From Fidelibacterota bacterium (GTDB lineage Bacteria; Fidelibacterota; Marinisomatia; Marinisomatales; UBA1611): a stretch of 35,182 nt of DNA. Below the pieces are notes generated by a model. It searched no databases. It was not told the DNA's origin and saw only the letters and a list, made by a program, of their open reading frames with translations. Where the stretch lies: NCBI GenBank assembly GCA_038281125.1, contig JAYNUL010000005.1, forward strand, positions 1 to 35,182. The letters are read 5' to 3'. A program made the translations under genes and the position numbers. Of this stretch, positions 25,831 to 33,029 are shown piece by piece (the first letter of the stretch is position 1; every line of letters starts with the position of its first letter).

Positions 25831-27012
25831 CTAGTGATCGTGCCCTGCATGACGATTATTTTTGTTTTTATTTCGGGCTACTGGTTTCTTTTTTGGAGCC
25901 AGAGAGTCACAGGTTTTCACTGAAGAGGTAACAAAAGCCAATAGCTCTTCATCATCTCCAACTTTATTGTTTAGTGGATTTGTTTGAAATTTTAGAGTGT
26001 TTACTGCTGAGGCAATCACTTGCTCTGAGTTTTTTAAATCTTCCCTATATTTTTTTATAAGATTTAGTACATTTTCTTGATCTGCATAAATTTCTTCAAG
26101 ATTCTTTTCTGGGTCTTTTTTCTGGAGCTTATCAAATCTTTTTTGTACTGATTTAATCTTTTTCTCTTCGGCTGATATATCAACAAATGGCACACCTTTT
26201 TCTTTGACATCCAAGGTTAAGGTCATAAGGTATTTCCCTTGCTTGCCGCAGGAATACATAAATGGTCCATTTTCTTTTTGAGGACTATTTGTTCGGGACA
26301 TGCTTGTGTTGCCGCTTGTAACTATAAAATCAATATCTGGCAGCTTTTCAGGTAACCCATTTTGAGAAGACCTACTAGCATTCACTAGCGCGACGATGAT
26401 ATCTACTTTGTTTTCTAATTCTTTTGCATACCGATTACATGATTCAATAAAATCATCTGACTTAATGAATTCCATTGTATCCGGAATAAGATCAGTAGCT
26501 CCTATTACCCCGATTTTGAGCTCTCCTCTTTCAAAAATAATATAAGGATCAAATAGAAGTTGACCTGATTTGGAATCTTTTAGATTCGATGAAATAAAAG
26601 GAATATCTGTTTTCTTTACCATTTCCTGTAGAAACGATAAACCATTTAGTACCTCATAGTGCCCAACATTTATTACATCGCATCCAACTTTCTGAAATCC
26701 CTCCATTATTGCATTCGCACGGAAAATCTCAGAATTTTTATTGGTCGCATCAATGTTCTTTGTACTAAAAAACAGATCACCTGCATCCAAGATCAATGGA
26801 TCGATCCCGGCATCTCTCATTTCTTTGATTTTAACATATTTTCTAGACAGACCGCCTAGGGGATTCTTCTTTCAGCCACAAGGGTCTAACTGGCCATGAA
26901 CTGATCCTGACATTACCATAGTAACAGTACCATGGGCTGAGGTTTTTGTACAAGACCACATGGTCATGAACATCATTATAAATAAAAAGTAACTCTTAAT
27001 TGATAATTTCAT
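25831..27012 (-). CDS. 5'-nucleotidase/UshA-like (calcineurin-fold) lipoprotein, putative selenoprotein with an in-frame UGA at codon 47
   Basis: The track ORF (25831-26820) starts mid-domain at MRDAGIDPLILDAGD and has no signal peptide. The same frame continues upstream through a single TGA (26872-26874) to the ATG at 27012: MKLSIKSYFLFIMMFMTMWSCTKTSAHGTVTMVMSGSVHGQLDPCG[TGA]KKNPLGGLSRKYVKIKEMRDAG.... This restores a lipoprotein signal (MWSC) and the first metallophosphoesterase block (..VHG..). A SECIS-like hairpin follows the TGA. The ATG lies 6 nt after the yciH stop. Confidence 0.6.
26843..26859 (-). promoter_or_regulatory. candidate bacterial SECIS hairpin
   Basis: The mRNA reads UGA AAG AAG AAU CCC CUA GGC GGU CUG UCU AGA. 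The 6-bp stem is CUAGGC / GUCUAG (one G-U pair) with loop GGUCU. Counting the U of UGA as 1, the loop occupies positions 22-26, which puts G23 and U24 where I recall them in the E. coli fdhF SECIS (..GCA GGU CUG CAC..). Confidence 0.5.
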
Positions 27013-27018
27013 TTGTTT

Positions 27019-27342
27019 TTATCCACCACTAAGTTTCACATCGTACCCTTTTTTTGAAAGGATTTCTTTGACTATGTCGCGCTTATTGCCTTGTATAAGT
27101 ATCCTGTTTTCTTTGAATGAACCTCCAACTCCGCATCTTTTTTTTAGCTCTTTTGTCAAATTGACCATTTTTTCATCTTCATGAACCAAGCCTTTAATAA
27201 CGGTAACTATTTTCCCACCGCCTCTCCTATCAAGGTGAAGGCGTACTTTCTGTTGAGATGGTTTTGGATGATGGATATCGGTTAATTCATCATCTCTGTA
27301 AGAACCATTATCAGTTGAGTATACTATTCTAGAGTTGGACAT
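27019..27342 (-). CDS. yciH: SUI1/YciH-family translation initiation factor-like protein
   Basis: 107 aa. ...VRLHLDRRGGGKIVTVIKGL...LKKRCGVGGSFKENRILIQGNKRD.V...L...GY.VK..GG is the classic SUI1/YciH pattern. Confidence 0.85.
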   Translation of the reverse strand: MSNSRIVYSTDNGSYRDDELTDIHHPKPSQQKVRLHLDRRGGGKIVTVIKGLVHEDEKMVNLTKELKKRCGVGGSFKENRILIQGNKRDIVKEILSKKGYDVKLSGG

Positions 27343-27442
27343 TTATTTAAATTCAAACAAGTAAATTCTAAAAATGTTTCATTTTAAACTTAATAAAAAT
27401 ACTAATTTTTTATGTTAATTACACTCCATCAATAACAAATCG

Positions 27443-28789
27443 ATGCCAACAAAACTTTTCAGAATAGTCTCTAACATTTGTATTTACTCTATTTTCTTTA
27501 GTCTAAATATCTTTTCCCAATCAAATGAAAAACTAACCGGAGATATAAAAGAATCTGGCATCTACCATAAGGATATAGTACTTAAATGGAGGCCAGAGAA
27601 TAAGGAGCATGACCTTCATACTCTAGGGATTAGGGAAGCACGATTTTCATTTTCAAATATGAAGTTTACATACACCAATAATGATACATTGACCAACGCA
27701 GGAATGACATTTTCTGGACCTAATCTGACGATAAAAGATTTTGTTATTCAATCAAATATTAGATCAAAAAATTGGATAACTACCGAAAAAATAAACCGGC
27801 TAAATCGAAGAGAACGCACACCAAAGGAAGCTATTTCAATCATTGCAAATGCAATTGATTTATATTTAATGGATCATGATACCCTGCCATCTAATCTAAA
27901 TGAACTCATCATTAAAAATTATATTTCAATGGAAGCCCCTCCCTTTGATGACAATACATGGATGTACTCCTTACATCTACCTGAAAAAATTGTTTCAAAA
28001 CCAACATTCTTAAATCTTGTACCCGGTAGAGATCCTTTGCTATTTGACTGGAATTCAAGAACATTTCAAGTAGATCCGGGGAAGGATTCTCTGTATAGTG
28101 TACCGCTTGTTGATTGGAAATATGTATTCAAGATTAATGAAATATCTCAATTATATTCCTCAAATCTTGAACTAATTCTTAAGCCAGATACTTTAGATTT
28201 TGAGATTATGGTAGAGAAGGCATTATTTAAAATATCAGGGTGTTCATTTACTGCGGTCCCCAATGATATTATTGATGAGAGATCAAAAATTGTCCTTCCT
28301 GATTTAGTTCTTGAAGGTGAGAATATTGCACTTGATATCAAAAAAAATGAAATCCCTATTATTCACAGAGGAAGTGTCAGCTTTAAGATTCGCAATTTTG
28401 AAATAAAGATACCCAACGATCTAAAAGAGGAACCTGAGATACAATCTATGCTGGATGTAATGGGCATTTGGAATAATTCTCTTATGGTACGGATGTTAGA
28501 GATGGAAGTTAACCTAATTAATCAATTTACTGGAGATGCCAACTTCAAATTCCATACACCTTTTATTAAAATATCTATCAATGGTGACTTTAGTATCAGG
28601 CAAAATGGATCAAAGCCAGAGGTCTATCTGCATAACACTAAAGTTAGAATTAATCCAATTGCACTTGGAATGAGAAAGTATATCAGAAACTGGGAAAAAG
28701 ATAACGGAAGAAAATTTTCAAGAAAGGGTGCTACAATAATCTTGAACATTGACGGCCCGCTTGAGAAACCAACAATTAGAGGTTTTTAA
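27443..28789 (+). CDS. hypothetical secreted protein with an internal pseudopilin (GspG)-like segment
   Basis: 448 aa with a signal-like N-terminus (ICIYSIFFSLNIFSQ). Residues around 124-175, RTPKEAISIIANAIDLYLMDHDTLPSNLNELIIKNYI...DDNTWMYS, resemble the conserved core of type II secretion pseudopilins. The rest is an orphan. Confidence 0.55.
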   Translation: MPTKLFRIVSNICIYSIFFSLNIFSQSNEKLTGDIKESGIYHKDIVLKWRPENKEHDLHTLGIREARFSFSNMKFTYTNNDTLTNAGMTFSGPNLTIKDFVIQSNIRSKNWITTEKINRLNRRERTPKEAISIIANAIDLYLMDHDTLPSNLNELIIKNYISMEAPPFDDNTWMYSLHLPEKIVSKPTFLNLVPGRDPLLFDWNSRTFQVDPGKDSLYSVPLVDWKYVFKINEISQLYSSNLELILKPDTLDFEIMVEKALFKISGCSFTAVPNDIIDERSKIVLPDLVLEGENIALDIKKNEIPIIHRGSVSFKIRNFEIKIPNDLKEEPEIQSMLDVMGIWNNSLMVRMLEMEVNLINQFTGDANFKFHTPFIKISINGDFSIRQNGSKPEVYLHNTKVRINPIALGMRKYIRNWEKDNGRKFSRKGATIILNIDGPLEKPTIRGF

Positions 28790-28794
28790 ATTGG

Positions 28795-29517
28795 TTATTT
28801 TGAATAATTAAGCATCCAGTTGTATATCTCTTTATTTTCATAGGTTTGGGTCCATGAGTCATGTTCAACACCTCCATAAACAGTCAGAAATACATGATCA
28901 TTTACTGGACTTAGTGCTTGAAATATTATAATAGAATCGTTGACCGGATGTACGTCATCATGGTCACCATGGAATAGCCATATCGGAAGTTGATTAAGTC
29001 GCTGAATGTTATCCATTTCAGCACCTCCGCAAACCGGTATAATAGCGGAAAATAGCTCTGGTTCTTCTAATGCTATAGCAAGAGTACCTAGCCCCCCCAT
29101 GCTAAGACCAGTACCATAAATTCTATCTGAATCTACTCGATAGTCATGCTCTACTTCCTTTATTAGAGATATAAGAGAATTTACATATTCAGTTCTATCC
29201 CAGTATCCCTCCTCTGGACATTGTGGTGCAATACATATGAAAGGGAATTTGGCACCTTCGACAACCCGTTTAGGAATTCCGTGAATTTTTACTTTTTCTA
29301 AGTTAGTTCCCCTTTCCCCTGCCCCATGCAGAAATAGGACCAGAGGGTAATCCTGTTTGTTTTGTTGGTAATCATTAGGTAAGTAAAGCAAATAACTTAA
29401 ATCGACTTCCTCCGGATTTTTCTCTTTATATCTTAAGGTTATTTCTTTCATGCCGCCTTCTCCCTGAATGATGGTTACGTTGATAATAACAAAAATATTT
29501 ATTAATAGTCTGCTCAT
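28795..29517 (-). CDS. secreted alpha/beta-hydrolase (esterase / prolyl-oligopeptidase-family serine hydrolase)
   Basis: 240 aa with a signal peptide. Motifs are PLVLFLHGAGERG, the nucleophile elbow GLSMGG, and later HGDHDDVHP and GVEHDSW (candidate Asp/His). Confidence 0.75.
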   Translation of the reverse strand: MSRLLINIFVIINVTIIQGEGGMKEITLRYKEKNPEEVDLSYLLYLPNDYQQNKQDYPLVLFLHGAGERGTNLEKVKIHGIPKRVVEGAKFPFICIAPQCPEEGYWDRTEYVNSLISLIKEVEHDYRVDSDRIYGTGLSMGGLGTLAIALEEPELFSAIIPVCGGAEMDNIQRLNQLPIWLFHGDHDDVHPVNDSIIIFQALSPVNDHVFLTVYGGVEHDSWTQTYENKEIYNWMLNYSK

Positions 29518-29575
29518 GACTATTCAGATTTTAGACTAATAACTTGTTTAATAATTATACTATCCGACCTAGGGT

Positions 29576-31261
29576 TTATTTGACCATTGATAGCTTTATT
29601 GTTTCAGTAATACTGCCTGAAGAGAGCCTAAAATAATAGACTCCTGCACTTACTAAAAGGCCGTCTTGATTCTTCCCGTTCCAGATGACAACTTTTTTTC
29701 CAGCAGATTGGTTTTCCCTGAACAGGGTGGTAATTTTATTACCTCTAATATCATAAATTACTCCTTCAACTAATACTTCATCTGCCAACTGATAGGTAAT
29801 TGTTACTATTGGATTAAATGGATTTGGAAATGCATTATTTATTCTATATTCATCAAAATAAATTTTGTCTTCTATGTTTACATTTTCGCAATTCGATGTA
29901 TTTTGATCACCCTGATTTCCATCAATACAATATGGTAATTCTGAACACAAATTATTGCCGGAGATATTAAAACTTGATTGATCATCCCAGTCCAGTTCAA
30001 TATTACAGATTTCATCAGGAAGGTATCCGAATAGATTATTATTCTGTAATCTTAATCGTTCAAGATTTTGGAGATTATTAATGTTTATAGGAATCTCTCC
30101 AGTCAAATCATTATCATTTAGGTAAAGGTGGATGAGGCCTGATAATTCAAATAGCTCAGGAGGAATAATATCATAAAATAGATTTTGATGAATATAGAAA
30201 TTTTTTAGTTCTACCATATTCCCGATATCACTGGGTATTCTACCTGAAATTTGATTATTGAATACATTGAAATATTCAAGATTAATTAAGTTGCCAAGTG
30301 AATTAGGCAAAACTCCACTTAAGGAATTAACGTATAGCTTTAATTCTTTAAGATTAACCAGATTTCCAATTTCAGCAGGTATGGCTCCCGTTAAATCATT
30401 TTGAGAAAGATTTAAGTACTCTAAGGCCACCAGATTTCCAATTTCAGCAGGTATGGCTCCTGTTAAATCATTTTGAGAAAGATTTAAGGATACTAGATTG
30501 GTAAAATTCCCAATATTTTGACTAATGTTTCCAGTGACTCCAGAGTTTGATAAATCTAACTCTAATACATCATGTGCATAATAGAGTGAGTCAAATAGTT
30601 CAAAAACACCTTGGCATTCAACAATTTCCTGATTTCCAATGAATGCCTCCAAACAATCGGGGTAAGGAGGACAAAAAGAGTTATTGTCAATGTTAAAGTT
30701 TAATGGGTTACTAAAACCGATTCCAGATTCACAAATATTATCGGTAATGATACCTGTAAACTGATTATCATTCGCATGGAATTCAGATAGAAACATCAAC
30801 TGGCCTATCTCAAAAGGAAGTTCTCCGCTTAGTTGGTTATGGTCAAGAGATATTTCAACAAGTCCTGTCATATTTCCGATGCTACTTGGTACGGTTCCAC
30901 TTAGCTGATTATGTGAAAGATCCATCGACATTAAATTAGTTAGACTTCCTAATTCTTCAGGTATCCCTCCTGTTAATGAATTATGGCTTAAGTTGAATCC
31001 TAAAAGCGTTTCCATCGATACAATTTCATGGGGAATAATTCCCTCGAGGTTGTTATTGGAAAGATCTAAAAACATTAAATTTGAAAGTTGTGCAATTGTA
31101 TTTGGTATACCGCCAGAAAGTCCTTGTCCTGAAAGGTTCAGCTCATATGTGATATCAATCTCATAACAATTATCCCACAGTTCAATCTCTCCATCGTTAC
31201 ATTGCGCTAACAACCATTGGAATGAAATACATAAAAGTAATATGAAAGGATTTTTTTTCAT
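29576..31261 (-). CDS. leucine-rich-repeat protein (24-residue plant-type LRRs) with a T9SS C-terminal sorting domain
   Basis: 561 aa with a signal peptide. There are two LRR blocks of units LxxLxxLxLxxNxLxGxIPxxIGNL, each flanked by Cys-containing caps (FCPPYPDC, LCSELPYC). The C-terminus, FPNPFNPIVTITYQL...IYDIRGNKI...GVYYFRL, is the T9SS type-A sorting-domain pattern. Confidence 0.8.
   Translation of the reverse strand: MKKNPFILLLCISFQWLLAQCNDGEIELWDNCYEIDITYELNLSGQGLSGGIPNTIAQLSNLMFLDLSNNNLEGIIPHEIVSMETLLGFNLSHNSLTGGIPEELGSLTNLMSMDLSHNQLSGTVPSSIGNMTGLVEISLDHNQLSGELPFEIGQLMFLSEFHANDNQFTGIITDNICESGIGFSNPLNFNIDNNSFCPPYPDCLEAFIGNQEIVECQGVFELFDSLYYAHDVLELDLSNSGVTGNISQNIGNFTNLVSLNLSQNDLTGAIPAEIGNLVALEYLNLSQNDLTGAIPAEIGNLVNLKELKLYVNSLSGVLPNSLGNLINLEYFNVFNNQISGRIPSDIGNMVELKNFYIHQNLFYDIIPPELFELSGLIHLYLNDNDLTGEIPININNLQNLERLRLQNNNLFGYLPDEICNIELDWDDQSSFNISGNNLCSELPYCIDGNQGDQNTSNCENVNIEDKIYFDEYRINNAFPNPFNPIVTITYQLADEVLVEGVIYDIRGNKITTLFRENQSAGKKVVIWNGKNQDGLLVSAGVYYFRLSSGSITETIKLSMVK
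30358..30488. repeat. 72-bp-period tandem duplication inside the LRR gene
   Basis: 30358-30416 and 30430-30488 are identical at 58 of 59 nt (single c/t difference). This encodes the duplicated unit LNLSQNDLTGAIPAEIGNLV twice. The period of 72 bp equals one 24-aa LRR. Confidence 0.85.
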
Positions 31262-31324
31262 TATAAATATTACAAAGGTTATATATTTCTATTAAGGTAG
31301 ATCTTATGATTCATATTGATGTAA

Positions 31325-32629
31325 TTAATCAATCGATAACTCATCTGCTATAGGTAGAACCTTTCCAAATGATTTTTGTTTATGTTCATATTCCTTGATA
31401 ATAAATCCATACAATACAACACCAATAATATATAGAATTGCTGTGATTAGAAATATTTCATAATATTTAAAATTCAGAAGCCTAAGCCACTCAAATAATT
31501 TTGCACTTATGAACCAGGAGGCGCTCCATAAACTTGAACTCAGTGCACTAATTAATTCCTGATTATTCTTTCCAACATAATTCATCATTAGTTCGTTTGA
31601 TGCTGGGTGAGCCATATGCATTAAGGGCTGACGCAGAACGTATGCAGAAACTGCAATGTAGACTGCATATTCATATGAAACATAAATCTCAGTGATAGAC
31701 ATTATCACCAAACAAGCAATAGCCAGACTCTGGACCACAACAATCGTCATCCAATAACCGTATTTCTTCCTAAGAGTTGGAACCAGAAGAGAAAAGATAA
31801 ATACTAGCATGGCAGTAATACTACCCATCATACTATAATCGCTAGAATCAAAACCAAAAATCGAATTAAAAAAGAGATTAACAAAAGGTATGGTAAGGCC
31901 TGCTCCTACGGATATCAAGACTAATGGTGATATAGCCTTAAAAATAATTTTCCAATCATAAAATTTGCTTAACGAAAAAATATCTTTTTTTGGATCGGGA
32001 CTATCCTGATCATTTTCATCAATTTTCCATGCGAAGTAAACTGAAGAAATACCAATGATTGTAATGAGCCATAGGGTGTTTCGTTCATCTAGGGATATAA
32101 TTATTTCATTAACATTAATAAATGATATCCAATCTAATGTACTAATGATAAGACCTGAGAATATTGTTGACAAAGACCAGGTTGAGGCACTTAAGGACAA
32201 GGCTTCAGAGCTATTATCGTGGTTTGTATGTCTTATTATAAATGGTAATGAACAGACCCTCATCAGCATCATACCAATACCCCATGCTAGAAAGGATAAT
32301 TGAATCATAGGGACAACGGAAAAATGAATGGACTCTATTATCATTACACTGGTTACTGGAACCATTAATGCTGATAATTTAAAGAAAGGTTTAAGTTTTT
32401 TCCCTCTAATATATATTCCCAATGGAAGAGCAAATGCCAATGCACCAATAAATCTTAGCGAATTATATGAAGCTATTTCAGGGTCTGAAAATCCTTGTTT
32501 ACGAAGATAAATATTGAGAACAAGAATAAATGCAACATGGATAAGACTAAGATTGAATTCAAGTAAAAATAGCAAGTGAATATTTTTGGGCAGAGAGGTG
32601 TAACTGCGAAAAATATTTTTTAACATCAA
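31325..32629 (-). CDS. MFS-type transporter
   Basis: 434 aa with about 12 hydrophobic helices in two halves separated by a charged loop (KIDENDQDSPDPKKD). Substrate unknown. Confidence 0.7.
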   Translation of the reverse strand: MMLKNIFRSYTSLPKNIHLLFLLEFNLSLIHVAFILVLNIYLRKQGFSDPEIASYNSLRFIGALAFALPLGIYIRGKKLKPFFKLSALMVPVTSVMIIESIHFSVVPMIQLSFLAWGIGMMLMRVCSLPFIIRHTNHDNSSEALSLSASTWSLSTIFSGLIISTLDWISFINVNEIIISLDERNTLWLITIIGISSVYFAWKIDENDQDSPDPKKDIFSLSKFYDWKIIFKAISPLVLISVGAGLTIPFVNLFFNSIFGFDSSDYSMMGSITAMLVFIFSLLVPTLRKKYGYWMTIVVVQSLAIACLVIMSITEIYVSYEYAVYIAVSAYVLRQPLMHMAHPASNELMMNYVGKNNQELISALSSSLWSASWFISAKLFEWLRLLNFKYYEIFLITAILYIIGVVLYGFIIKEYEHKQKSFGKVLPIADELSID

Positions 32630-32642
32630 AAATATTTATTAA

Positions 32643-32900
32643 TTATACTGCAAATAGTATAATTTTTTTCAAAAATCCAATGATGAAAAATGCTGCAATT
32701 GGAGAGAAATCAATTCCTCCTGAATTCAACGGAATATTATTTCTAATTGGTCCAAGAATCGGCTCAGTAATAGAAAGAAGGAAAATAGAAAACTGACTAT
32801 GAGGGTCATGTGGTATCCAACTAAGGAATACCCTAATTAATATTAGAATTTGTAGTATATCAAAAGCTGTGCTAATAATAAACGTTAACAAGGTGCTCAT
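32643..32900 (-). CDS. yggT: YggT-family membrane protein
   Basis: 85 aa. ILILIRVFLSWIP......ITEPILGPIR fits the YggT pattern. It has two TM helices. Confidence 0.8.
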   Translation of the reverse strand: MSTLLTFIISTAFDILQILILIRVFLSWIPHDPHSQFSIFLLSITEPILGPIRNNIPLNSGGIDFSPIAAFFIIGFLKKIILFAV

Positions 32901-33029
32901 AATGCTAGTAAGGCGTTTTGCAATTCATGGATTTACAATCATCCTATAAGATAATAGGCAAAAAAACAAAATTCATTAATTAAAATTTCTGAAAAATAAA
33001 TTAGGCTTTGATTGACCATATTTACCAAC

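Noticed and set aside
25831-26820. The track's 329-aa ORF taken at face value as the complete gene.
   Set aside because: It would start inside the conserved fold, lack any signal peptide, and leave about 190 nt unassigned even though that stretch is in-frame coding sequence with a lipoprotein signal. The Sec-readthrough model (25831-27012) explains more. A pseudogene remains the alternative.
26872-26874. TGA reassigned genome-wide (code 4 Trp or code 25 Gly) as the explanation for the in-frame stop.
   Set aside because: TGA terminates several genes here at natural ends. Examples are the beta-barrel protein ending ...SFNF at 2688-2690, the genes ending at 8176 and 22100, and the small ORF at 24567. 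Reading through them would not extend conserved sequence.
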